Under the pieces are notes generated by a model that was not told where the DNA came from, searched no databases, and worked only from the letters and a program-made list of their open reading frames with translations. From the NCBI RefSeq assembly GCF_006345805.1, contig NC_042998.1, positions 10,044,001 to 10,108,000 of the forward strand: a stretch of DNA of 64,000 nt. Direction: 5' to 3'. The stretch comes from Octopus sinensis (Eukaryota). A program made the translations under genes and the position numbers. The stretch's first letter is position 1; each line of letters opens with the position of its first letter. Of this stretch, positions 37,690 to 49,445 are shown one piece after another.

Positions 37690-38511
37690 AAGTCGACTCA
37701 TACACTGTCTATCCAGGGCTTAACAATTATTTCCAGAACCTCAATGTAGGCAGCAGATTTAACTCTAAGGCCTTGTGGAAAGAAGTAAGGCGGCATCACA
37801 TGTCCTTCATTGCTGACAACCCCTAAAACCATGATAGTTGCAACAAATTTTGTATGCATAGCACTTGGAACTTCAGAAGGGTCTACACATAACCATCTGT
37901 CATTTCTTCTCTTAACTTTTTGTTCTTGGTCGAAGTTTTTCTTGTTTGAGAAAAACCAAATCAATTTTCTTCTGCTGGATTTTTCAATTTGTTTAAGAGC
38001 CTTTTAGATCTGATGTAGTGATTTTCTTTTGTTTTTTTTTTCCTGACAAATTGACCTTCCCTCATCATATAAGACATATATAAGTGATGTCTTCGTGGAC
38101 AACATTTCTGACTGTTCCTTCTGACACATGAAGATCTTTTGCAACTGACCTCATGGACTTTCTGGGATTGTAATCAATAATCTGTTGGACTTGCTGGATA
38201 AATTCAGGAGTTCTGATGATTTCAGAGCGTTTAGAATATTTTTTATGCTTTGATACTGGTGATACGTGTCCATCTTCAGTCTCTAGTTCCTTACAAACTT
38301 TGTAGGCGAAAAATCTGGCAACTTTTAAAAATCGAGATATTTCTAAATCACTATGCTCAGCCTTTATAACCACAATAACAGCATGCATCTTTATTTCTTG
38401 AGTTAGCTGGAGGTCTGCCATTATTATTTTCTGAAAAAAAGATTATACAGAGTTAGCAAAAAATGCAGCAATGACAACCAAAAAAGTATGTCTTCAAATA
38501 CTTTACGCACC

Positions 38512-38514
<3 letters not shown>
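37690..38514 (-). mobile_element. maT/DD37D-like Tc1-mariner remnant, internally deleted and 3' truncated
   Basis: TA|CAGGGTGCGTAAAG terminus at 38514. N-terminal HTH region (..NPRKSMRSVAKDLHVSEGTVRNVVHEDI) and WFFS.KKNFDQ.QKV.RRNDRWLC..MHTKF.ATIMVLGVVSNEGHVMPPYFFPQGLRV..AAYIEVLE.IVKPWI. Confidence 0.82.
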
Positions 38515-38567
<53 letters not shown>

Positions 38568-38578
38568 TGTGGTGTGTG

Positions 38579-38619
<41 letters not shown>

Positions 38620-41566
38620 GGTATGTGTGTTTGTGTGTTGGTTCCTCATCATCGCTTGACAACTGGTGTTGATGTGTTCACGTCCCCGTAGTCTAATGAG
38701 ACCTAGGGTATAGGTTCCAAACTCAAAGAGAAAATAAGCAGTGGGGTTGATTCATTCGACTAAAAATTTAAGACTGAAACAGGTAAAAGATAAAAGTACT
38801 AGGGTCAATGATATCGACCAACTCCATCTTACCCTGACGATATTTATCTTCCCCTAACAGGTATTGTTCGTTATTCCAACTTCGGTCAGCTCTGATCGGA
38901 CAGAGCTCTGTTAAAAAACTTTCATTGTCAGATGTCCCCTTTCTATTTTTAAGACCAAAGGGTGTAATTTGAGGGAGATTTCGCTAGTCTATCCTGTCTA
39001 TTTTAGGAATGCCAAAAATTACAGTATCTATTTTTGTAGTTATTTAAGACTTAATACATAATCTGAGGTAGATTGGTCTGCTAGTTCTAGCAGAGAGAAC
39101 AACTACGTAGCAGTTACTTAATAACTGGGTACACCCATTGCTGCGCTGGGTTCAATTCATCAAGCAGGAAAATTACTAGTTTCTATAACCCCACGCTCTA
39201 CACAGGAGGAGATTTGACTCTCATTTGCTCACCTCTACAGCAATTGTGTATCGAATAACGGTCTCATGGGTCCTTGTGAAACGGAAACTGATTAGTTTTT
39301 AGAGCTGGTCGACCGAGCTAGGCCAGTGGCCATCAGTTTATTATCACATATGAATTTCCCACCTCCGACATTTATATTCGCTATTTTGCATGTTGGCGTG
39401 CTGTCAGACATGTCCTGACATGCAGAGGTCATTAAATAAATAAAGTCACCAAAACAAACAAACAAACAAACAATCAAATAGGAGCAAGTGGGGTGGGGTG
39501 GGGAAATGAAAAGAGAAAACGCAGTGACAAAAGACGACAACAGCAATAACAACGACATCGGAAACGAGGCTAAATATGGCGAAGATGGCGGTAGTGACAG
39601 AAGCAGTAATAAAATCAGTCGAAGCAGCAGTAATAATAAAAGTAACAATGACCGACCACTGCAGTAACGCCGACACTTCGCCGCCATCTTTAACATTGAT
39701 ACCGACACCAACACTAAAACACAAAACAACTCTTGTTCCTTTTTTTTCTTTTTAAACAAATAAAGGACACATTGGACAATGTAATCTTTCATATTTAAGA
39801 CTGGTTGGTCACGGATGTAGCGCCTTTAATCATATACCTACTCAATCAAGGCAGACACGTGCTAAACAACAACACTACAAAAGCTAACAAGGAATCTTCT
39901 ATGTGCTGCTGTTCACTCTAATTTCTTGAAACAAAAGCGAAATCCTGCTTCAAATCAGATTGTGATGTTTTAGCAAAGCAAGGACACATTGGATAATGTA
40001 GTCTTAGATAACGTGGCACTCCGTCGGTTACGACGTCGAGGGTTCCAGTTGATCCGATCAACGGAACAGCCTGCTCGTGAAATTAACGTGCAAGTGGCTG
40101 AGCACTCCACAGACGCGTGTACTCTTAACGTAGTTCTCGGGGATATTCAGCGTGACACAGAGTATGACAAGGCTGGCCTCTTTGAAATACAGGTATGACA
40201 GAAACAGAAAGAAAGAGTGAGAGAAAGCTGTGGTGAAAGAGTACAGCAGGGTTCGATACCACCCCCTGCCAGATCCCCGTGGAGCTTTAGGTGTTTTCGT
40301 TCAATAAGCACAACGCCTGGTCTGGGAATCGAAACCGCGATCCTACGACCGCGAGTCTGCTGCCCTAACCACTGGGCCATTGCTCCTCCACAGTCCTAGA
40401 TACACTAAGAAAGACTATATTGCCCCAACTGAAATCTCTCTGATCATTGGACTGCCCTAACAGAGCTTTACTAGGGCTAAGCACCAGCAACAACACCGAT
40501 GCTACCCTCATCATCAGCTAAGGGACTGAACCAATGATGAAGGCTATACGTGGTTATTCAGCTTTTTAGAACTACCAAATTAAAAATCTCTAAAACCAAA
40601 CTCTGGAGAATTAAAATATCAAACGACATTCAACTGTCCAATTGTAAAAATAATGTGAAAAAATGCATGAAGATGATTGGTCAAAGTGAAACATTTGCTG
40701 AATGATATGAAGCCTACACAGAAAAAGAAAACAACGTGTGGTCAGATACAAAACAGGGGTAAAATCGAAGGGGAAAGTTGTTCTACGATGACGCCTCACC
40801 GTGGTCGCTTAGCTTGTTAAAAATAGCAGTGAATTTTTTTAATGAAAAATAACACCACACTGTCTTAAAAAGGAAGACACGTTGAACAAGTATAGTTCAA
40901 GATGTATTATGGTCAAAGGAAAGCTGAGATTGCTTTGGTTGGAATATTTATGACAATAGGTCTGTTTAGTCTGTCCTTAACTACTTGAATGTAATTAAAC
41001 AATAGCAAAGCAATAACAGTTGTGGTCTTACCTTAGCTTTGCAATTCTACATCAAATAGAACAAAAACATCGTAGAATATACTGCAACATAGCGAATGTG
41101 TAACATAGAATCCATAAAATTCCTATTAACAGCCAAATGAAACAGGATAGGCTGTGGAGGTCATATATACATGAAACAATGCATCCGATTCATAGATACA
41201 GTTTTCCAAATTGTTAAATCAGAGAGGGGGAGAGAATACTCATGTCCTTCTTGATAGACCTGGAGGACTTTTGAGGACTCCGGAGCCCTTAAAAGGTCAG
41301 GGTGCTTGCAATAAAGAATCAACGATTAGAGCAATAAATTAATCGTATGCCACAAGAAAACAAGTAACATATCTATGCTCCGTCAGCTAGTAAATTTCTT
41401 TATGTTTATATATTCGTTTTGCAAGATTCTTGATCTGAATTCGTGTGTTGAAGCAGATATTGTTGTATTTGGGGATGGTGATGTTGCCAGTTTAGCCAGT
41501 GAAAACACACGCACTATACATTTGGTGTTCACTTACTTCAACTTTATTTCATATTAATTATATTTC

Positions 41567-41611
41567 GGCCAGAGTTCTTTCGTTACACTTCTGTGACCTC
41601 ATCAGTGGTCC
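41567..41611 (-). ncRNA. Minimal type I hammerhead (left arm)
   Basis: Reverse complement: GGACCA CTGATGA G GTCACA-GAAG-TGTAAC GAAA GAACT C TGGCC. One stem II mismatch and one stem I bulge. Confidence 0.65.
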
Positions 41612-41908
41612 TTTGCTTTCTTCTTTCTTTTTTGTGTCTCTCCTTACTAATAATCTACCATTTTGCATTCCTGTTGTGTCTTTATTTGCGTATGCATATC
41701 CCTGTGTGTCTTTATTTGCGCACACTTACTGAACATAGACACACACATGAATATACGCATGCGCAAATAAAGACACACAGGGATGTACGCATGCGCAAAT
41801 AAAGACATACAGGGATATACGCTTGCGTAAATAAAGGCACAAACAACGTGAATTCAAAATGGCAGATTTTTAGTAAAGAGAGGCACAAAAAAGAAAGAAA
41901 AAAGCAAA

Positions 41909-41954
41909 GGACCACTGATGAGGTCACAGAAGTGTGACGAAAGAACTCTGGGCC
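41909..41954 (+). ncRNA. Minimal type I hammerhead (right arm; predicted cleavage after C41948, CUC)
   Basis: GGACCA CTGATGA G GTCACA-GAAG-TGTGAC GAAA GAACT C TGGGCC: intact core, perfect 6-bp stem II, 5 of 6 stem I pairs. Confidence 0.75.
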
Positions 41955-43529
41955 GAAATACAATTAATATAAAATAAAGCTGAAGCAAGTGAACACCAGA
42001 TATATAATGCGTGTGTTTTCATTGACTAAACTGGAAAATACAAAAAAAAAAAAAAAGAAGTCATAAAACATAATATTGGTTTCAAATTTTAGTAAAAGGC
42101 CAACAATTTCGGGTGAGATGTTAAATCGATTACATCGACTCCAGTGCTCAACTGGTACTTATTTTATCGACTCTGAAAGGCAAAAATCAACCTCCATGGA
42201 ATTTGAATTCAGAACGTAAAGACGAGCGAAATGCTGTTAAGCATTTTGCCCGGCGCAGTAATGATTCTGCCAGAATACCACGTTGATGATGCAGTATAAT
42301 ATTAACCTTTTTCTTTCGCTCAAATGCCAGAACAGCAGTAAAGAAATCCAAATGCTCAAAAGCCTCTAGAGTAAATGAAATCATATGTTTAAAATACATC
42401 ATCTTTTAGAGAATAAAGGTAATTTCACTCGCTGTTCGTATGGACAGTGGCAAATACTAGGAAACTGGACAGAACTATTATAATTCTAAAATCTAACAAT
42501 GATTTCCAAAGAAATCATCCTACACGGACCCATCCTCGGTACAAGCTAAAGAGTCTTTGAAAGTCCCATGTTTAACATAACCTAATTTGTTATCTTTCCG
42601 GTTCATAGGAATTCAGACCATTACACTCGACCACCAAACTACTTGAAAGCCTTGCAACAATACATGATGGGGAAAAAGAAAAAAAAAAAGAAGGAAGGGG
42701 ATTTCATTTTGAATAATGCGGGCAAAGGGGCCAAGCGGCGAATGCATCACGGTATTAGCTTTGATTCTTTGCCCTCTGAGTTCAAATCTCGCTTAAGTCA
42801 AGTTTGTATTTTATTTCTTCAGAGTTATTGATTAACGTAAGTCTTAGAAGGTCAGACAAGGGACAGGTGGTAGCTGTTTTGTCTCCTTACGTTCTGACAG
42901 CTTCGGTGGCAAAGGTACCAATCTATCAAATTAAGTCAGTGACCTTTCGACATCGTAGGAGAGGGGAGATTTGCATGTGTGGGCACAATCTTTCTAAATA
43001 AATAAAATAAAATGAAATAAAATAAAATACATTCCCAAGTTTGCACATATATATCAGCCGAAACCGACCGAGGTCCCTTATGTAATCCTAGACATCGGAA
43101 AAGAAGGGGTGATCAAGACTGGAATGTCTTTAATAATATTTTTAACCAGCAAAGGCTGACTTGACGTCAGCAACAACAATGGCAGTTTGTTCCAAGATGA
43201 GAGGCGAGGGAAAAAATCATTATACTGGAATATATTTTGATTTCGAAAGTTTTTATTTATTCTTAATAGTTCGAGGAAGGATCGAACGCAAAATATGCTG
43301 ATCACTGTCGTGTACGTCATAAGGGAGTAACTTCTTCCTTTTACGACGACCGTGTGTTCAACACAACCAGCTCATTAGCGCACGAGATTCTGAGACACTG
43401 GTGTTTCGACGTGTTGTGTCTCGCCAGCCAAAAGGCACCTGAGACCTAACACTTTAATTTTATTATATTGTATTTACAGCTTATATTTTCAACTAACAAC
43501 ATAGGCACAAATATGGGTAGAACATTTTC

Positions 43530-43586
<57 letters not shown>

Positions 43587-43703
43587 ATATATATATATAC
43601 CGGAGTAAACACATAAATGTGAAACAAGGTGGAAAAAAGAGTACTCAAATACCAGTGGTAGAGTAATATGCTTTATTTAAAGCAGCAGAAAATTCAACAA
43701 AAT

Positions 43704-43741
43704 CTGTTACTCTGAGTTTCTCGTTGCCGTTCATCAGACAG
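43704..43741 (-). ncRNA. Minimal type I hammerhead (left arm)
   Basis: Exact reverse complement of 43756-43793. Confidence 0.72.
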
Positions 43742-43755
43742 TTTTTGCTAGAAAA

Positions 43756-43793
43756 CTGTCTGATGAACGGCAACGAGAAACTCAGAGTAACAG
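43756..43793 (+). ncRNA. Minimal type I hammerhead (right arm; predicted cleavage after A43789, GUA)
   Basis: CTGT CTGATGA A CG-GCAA-CG A GAAA CTC-A-GAGT A ACAG: stem I CTGT/ACAG (extendable AAAA/TTTT past a bulge), intact core, 2-bp stem II with GNRA loop, near-palindromic ACTC/GAGT stem III. Confidence 0.72.
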
Positions 43794-43825
43794 ATTTTGT
43801 TGAATTTTCTGCTGCTTTAAATAAA

Positions 43826-43895
<70 letters not shown>

Positions 43896-45110
43896 ATATA
43901 TATATCTTTTATTTGTTTCAGTCATTTGACTTTGGCCATGCTGGAGCACCGTCTTTAGTCGAGCAAATCGACTCCAGGACTTATTCTTTGTAAGCCTAGT
44001 AATTATTCTATCGGTCTCTTTTGCCGAACAGCTGAGTTACGGGGACGTAAACACGCCAGCATCGGTTGTCAAGTGATGTTGAGCGGGAGGGAGGGGGTCA
44101 GGCACACAAATATATACACACACGACACATACATGTATATATATATATGCACATATATGTACGATGGGCTTCTTTCAGTTTCCGTCTACCAAATCTACTC
44201 ACAAGGTTTTGGTCGGCCCGAGGCTATAATAGGAGACACTTGCCCAAGGTGCCACGCAGTGTTGACTGAACTCGGAACAATGTGGTTGGTAAGTAAGCGG
44301 CTTACCACACAGCCACTCCTGCGCCTATATATATATAAATTATAGTGAGGATGATTACTACAAAACTTCGCCTTTGTAACTGTTCATTAAAGTTTTTCTT
44401 TTCTTTTTCGATGAAGAACTATATTAAAAAACAGGTTTACCAGAAGCAATTTTGTTTTTAAAAATACTGCCTTGACAGATGATAGTTAACCCCAATGTCG
44501 CCTTCCAACGTATGAAGGTCCTCCACCTGCGTTTTTAGAATGTTACAAAGTTACTACAACAACAGTAACAACAACAGCATGTTCGTTTGAGATTGGCGAG
44601 AAGCAGGCGAGAAGCTGTCTGGGTCGAAGTAAATATTCACTTAAACTACAATATGATACTTTATTAAACGCTGTATTGATACAACCTTAAAGGTTAATGT
44701 TTCTTTAGTTTACGGGGATAAATAGGTGGAGGGGAGCGGAGGGGGTAAGTTTCTTTATGGTTTTTCTTGCTGTTCAGACATAATTAGATCAAGTAATCTG
44801 AATTTTTATTTTCTTTTTGTGTCAGTGAAAGGATCGAACCTACATCGTTTAAGCTTTATTTGGTTTGATTTATATGACATGGGGTGACGTGAGAGTAGAA
44901 CAAAAAGCCCGAGGGCAATGAGTGCAGTTTTAAAAAGCAGTTGGGAATAGGTGTATTAGTTCCGTTAATAGCCAATCCCACTGAAAGGGAACTCCTGTTT
45001 AGATAAACCCGTTGAAAGCATTACGTTTCAAACGATACATTTTAATATGAATCTATAATCGTCCTTTCTACAATTGGCACAAGGCCTGGAATTTTGGGGG
45101 TAGGGTAGGG

Positions 45111-45699
45111 GGATCTTTTCCTTTTGAACGGCAGATGTCAACACAACTGGTAGAATGTGTTTTATAAAACATCATTTTCTCTTGGTTTTATTGAGAAAAT
45201 TCTATAGTTTGTAAGATATTTCGTCTGAAAATCCGAGCATTTCGGCAATTTTAACCAATCGATTACCTCCATTCAACTAAAATAATTTGCTGCGTCTAAA
45301 ACTGAGACAACATCCTGTAACTAACCCTAAACCTCCCTCCTAACCCTAACCCTAACCCCAAATTTTTTTTTCTTAATTGTTAAATTAATTTAATTCCATT
45401 GCTTTAGTTTTTTTACACGCGTAACAATTAAGAAAAAAAAAATTAGGGTTAGGGGGGAGGTTTAGGGTTAGTTACAGGATGTTGTCTCAGTTTTAGACGC
45501 AGCAAATGATTTTAACTCAAAAGAGAGCATAGGATTGGTTAAAATTCGAAAAATTAAACTACGTTAAACAAACAAATTACAATTTTCTCAAGAAAGCCAA
45601 GAGAAAAAAATGTTTTGTTTTGACACATTCTACCAGTATATGAAGTTTTAAAGTGTTTAGTTAACTAGAAATTGTCTGCCGTTCAAAAGGAGAAGATCC
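45111..45699. mobile_element. Long-TIR MITE (589 bp) with 8-bp TSD and internal telomere-like repeats
   Basis: Ends GGATCTTTTCCTTTTGAACGGCAGA and TCTGCCGTTCAAAAGGAGAAGATCC. TSD GGGTAGGG at 45103-45110 and 45700-45707. Inner arms (about 45286-45380 and 45421-45508) nearly identical. Interrupts the tail of an old SINE B. Confidence 0.85.
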
Positions 45700-47063
45700 G
45701 GGTAGGGTGGGGTTAGTCGATTGCAACAGCTCCAGTACTCAACTAGTACTTATTTTATCGATCCCCAAAAAGATGAAAGGCAAAGTCGACTCGGTGGAAT
45801 ATGAGCTCAGAATGTAAATCTGGAAGAAATGTAGATAAGCATTTTGTCCGGCACTGTGATGGCTCTGCCAGCTCACCGCATTATAGGAATCTGTATTATT
45901 ATGGACGATAAGTTTCTACGATTAAATGAATACATTTTAATGAATATACAAGGCGCAGGACTGGCTGTGTGGTAAGTAGCTTGCTTCACAACCACATGGT
46001 TCCGGGTTCAGTCCCACTGCGTGGAATCTTGGGCAAGTGTCTTCTGCTATAGCCCCGGGCCGACCAATGCCTTGTGAGTGGATTTTGTAGACGGAAACTG
46101 AAAGAAGCCTGTCGTATATATGTATATATATATGTGTGTGTGTGTGTGTTTGTGATTGTGTGTCTTTGTCCCCCTAGCATTGCTTGACAACCGATGCTGG
46201 TGTGTTTATGTCCCCGTAACTTAGCGGTTCGGCAAAAAGAAACCGATAGAATAAGTACTGGGCTTACAAAGAACAAGTCCCGGGGTCGAGTTGCTCGACT
46301 AAAAAAAAGGCGGTGCTCCAGCATGGCCGCAGTCAAATGACTGAAACAAGTAAAAGAGTAAAAGAGTATAAAAGCTTATCTTTGTAATGAGATGGGAAAG
46401 CAGAATAAGTGGAATATCGCTAGAATGCATTCCTTGCTGTATTTAGTTGACATTTCTTTGCGTTTCTGAGTAGAGAATCCCGCTGAACCATTCCATTATA
46501 AAGGTGTCGGTCCAATTGAATCTAGTCATCCTCAACAATTTCCAGGTTTTGCACCAATATGGAAAATCAACAAAGGGAATGCATTCTTTCCATTTACAAA
46601 GTATTGAATTAAAGCTCAACTTAACACGGGGCTATGTCCAGCAGCCGAATAAGCCCCACTGTTTATGTCCATGGAAATCAGAACAACGAAAACGTAACCT
46701 TTACTTGATTTCTCGACCTGCTAGAAATAGCAACCAAATCTTCCTTAAAGTACACCATAAAGTCCCTTAACAAAATAAAAGGGATAAATGGAGAACAGTA
46801 TATAACGTAGTTGAAGGTAGACTGTTTCTGAAAATAAAACGGAATTGGTATGAACGTCAATGATTACAGATCTACTGGATCAAGAATTGTTGTTTTTTCT
46901 CTTTCATAATTAGAGCACCAATGCATCGTAATATGTCCTAAATTCACAGCGACATTGAATATGTTTATCATATATAATCCTAAACACATTGTATGTATTA
47001 CAGGTAGAGGTACTCTTCATCGTAGAGTGAAGGTACCTGTCAATAAACACCGGTGTAAACATG

Positions 47064-47151
<88 letters not shown>

Positions 47152-48497
47152 TTCTTAATATTTAATATTACAGAGGCGGTGAGTTGGCAGAATCGTTACC
47201 GTGCCGGACAGAATGCTAAGCCGCATTTCATCCGACTTTACGTTCTGCGTTCAAATGCCGCCGGGGTTGACTTTCATTCTTTCGCGGTTGTTAAAGGAAG
47301 CACTAGTTGAATATTTAGGTCAATGTAATCGACTTGCATCCCCCCCTCACAATTGCTGGCCTTGTGCAAAAATTTGAAACAAATATTACAGAGGAGGTCA
47401 ACTGGCAGAAGCGTTACCACGCCGGACAAAATGCTTAGCAGCATTTCATCAGACTTCACGTTCTGAGTTAAGATTCCGCGGGTGTCGACTTCGGCATTTA
47501 CCCTTCGGGGTCGATAACATAAGTATCAGTTGAACACCAGGTCGATGTAATCGACTAACATCTCCCCTGAAATTGCTGGCTTTGTGCCAAAATCTGAAGC
47601 CAATGTTTAATATTACAAACTCTTTCCCAAAACTGAGTACACCTTACTATGCATACATGTGTGCTATTGATGTCACCCTTGACTCCTTAATAACCTTTGT
47701 ACATGTATCATCGACATGAAACTGTTTCGCATACCAATTATGCATTGCTTTAATGAACAGAGGCGCAGGAGTGGCTGTGTGGTAAGTAGCTTGCTTACGA
47801 ACCACATGGTTCCGGGTTCAGTCCCTCTGCGTGGCACATTGGGCAAGTGTCTTCTACTATAGCCTCGATCCGACCAAAGCCTTGTGAGTGGATTTGGTAG
47901 ACGGAAACTGAAAGAAGCCCGTCGTATATATGTATATATATATGTATGTGTGTGTAGATGTTTGTGTGTCTGTGTTTGTCGCCCCAACAGCGCTTGACAA
48001 CCGATGCTGGTGTGTTTACGTCCCCTTCACTTAGCGGTTCGGCAAAAGAGAAAGATAGACTAAGTACTAGGCTTACAAAGAATAAGTCCCGGGGTCGATT
48101 TGCTCGACTAAAGGCGGTGCTCCAGCATGGCCGCAGTCAAATGACTGAAACAAGTAAAAGAGTAAAAGAGAGATCATGATAACATCCTACAATGGATACA
48201 TGGCAACCTAGATTCGTTTATAAACATCAAAACCAAATCACGAACTTGTCAAAGAAACTCTCAATGCTAGACCTTACCTATTTATGAGCAACACAAAGAT
48301 AAAAATCTACGACACGTCTTAAATGTTAGAGCTCATAATCTCTTGTGATCTTTCATGGCATTCACGTATTTTGCATTGTCCACTCCATGAAGGTGTGATG
48401 TAGCGGTTTCGGTTTACGATCAACAGGTCATAGATTCGATTTCCGGAGTGGATGGCACGTTGTCTTTGAGCGGACAGCCCAGTGCACTCAGCTGAAA

Positions 48498-48965
48498 ATG
48501 AGTACCAGTGATATTCTGAGGGTTAACTCTGCAGCAATGAGTACCAGTGATATCCTGAGGCTTAACTCTGCAGCAATGAGTACCAGTGATATCCTGAGGC
48601 TTAACTCTGCAGCAATGAGTACCAGTGATATCCTGAGGCTTAACTCTGCAGCAATGAGTACCAGTGATATCCTGAGGGTTAACTCTGCAGCAATGAGTAC
48701 CAGTGATATCCTGAGGGTTAACTCTGCAGTAATGAGTACCAGTGATATCCTGAGGGTTAACTCTGCAGCAATGAGTACCAATGATATCCTGAGGGTTAAC
48801 TCTGCAGCAATGTGTACCAGTGATATCCTGAGGCTTAACTGTGCAGCAATGAGTACCAGTGATATCCTGAGGGTTAACTCTGCAGCAATGAGTACCAGTG
48901 ATATCCTGAGGGTTAACTCTGCAGCAATGTGTACCAGTGATATCCTGAGGGTTGACTCTGTAGCT
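48498..48965. repeat. Minisatellite, 12 x 39 bp (ATGAGTACCAGTGATATCCTGAGGGTTAACTCTGCAGCA)
   Basis: Twelve units counted, with few substitutions. It begins directly inside a SINE-like segment (head at about 48395-48497, ...GTGCACTCAGCTGAAAATGAGTACCAG). Confidence 0.95.
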
Positions 48966-49196
48966 AAATGGTGGCCCGTTATTAGTCGTTTAAAAGTTAT
49001 GGAAACCCAAATAAGCTCCCAATTATTGTGCTTAATATGCTTTAACTCTCCGGAGAGACTCAGTTGTACATCACCCATAATGTTTTGCTAGAATTTGATA
49101 TATACTGCCATAATGATCTGAACCGGGAAATTGATTGATTCTAGTTTCAGCTCACGAGCTGTGGCCATACTGGGGCACCGCCATTTGAAATGCATG

Positions 49197-49265
49197 CGAA
49201 CTTGTCAGGATTCGAACACGGAATCTTCTGACCCGTAGGGAAACATTTATCCCATGGTGCTGTCG
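49197..49265 (-). pseudogene. Decayed tRNA-Arg(ACG) copy
   Basis: CGAACTTGTCAGGATTCGAACACGGAATCTTCTGACCCGTAG aligns to the 3' half of the intact gene 176 bp away. The 5' half is degraded. Confidence 0.75.
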
Positions 49266-49372
49266 GGAATTACTACTCACGAACTTATCTGTTTGCTAAC
49301 TCTTATTTACTAACAACAACAACACAGATATGCACACGTGCTGATATACACTCATGAGACATAAAACGAATG

Positions 49373-49445
49373 CGAGCTTGCCAGGATTCGAACCTGGAAT
49401 CTTCTGATCCGTAGTCAGACGCGTTATCCATTGCGCCACAAGCCC
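49373..49445 (-). tRNA. tRNA-Arg-ACG: tRNA-Arg, anticodon ACG
   Basis: GGGCTTGTGGCGCAATGGATAACGCGTCTGACTACGGATCAGAAGATTCCAGGTTCGAATCCTGGCAAGCTCG, 73 nt. Acceptor stem GGGCTTG/CAAGCTC, CTGA-CTACGGA-TCAG anticodon arm, TTCGAAT loop, and TTTT terminator at 49363-49366. Confidence 0.96.

Larger units (their letters stand above)
41487..42034. mobile_element. Fold-back element of about 550 bp with divergent hammerhead pair
   Basis: Arms at about 41487-41721 and 41757-42034 are reverse complements with scattered mismatches. An internal unit of about 30 bp is present twice in the left arm and three times in the right. Confidence 0.85.
43598..43826. mobile_element. Fold-back element in a TA microsatellite; perfect 75-bp inverted arms (43671-43745 and 43752-43826)
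   Basis: Arms are exact reverse complements around a TGCTAG spacer. (TA)n flanks both sides. Confidence 0.92.

Noticed and set aside
48488-49091. 197-aa and 196-aa repeat proteins on both strands; CRISPR-like appearance
   Set aside because: Head-to-tail 39-bp units with no unique spacers and no cas genes, derived from a SINE segment. Treated as a minisatellite.
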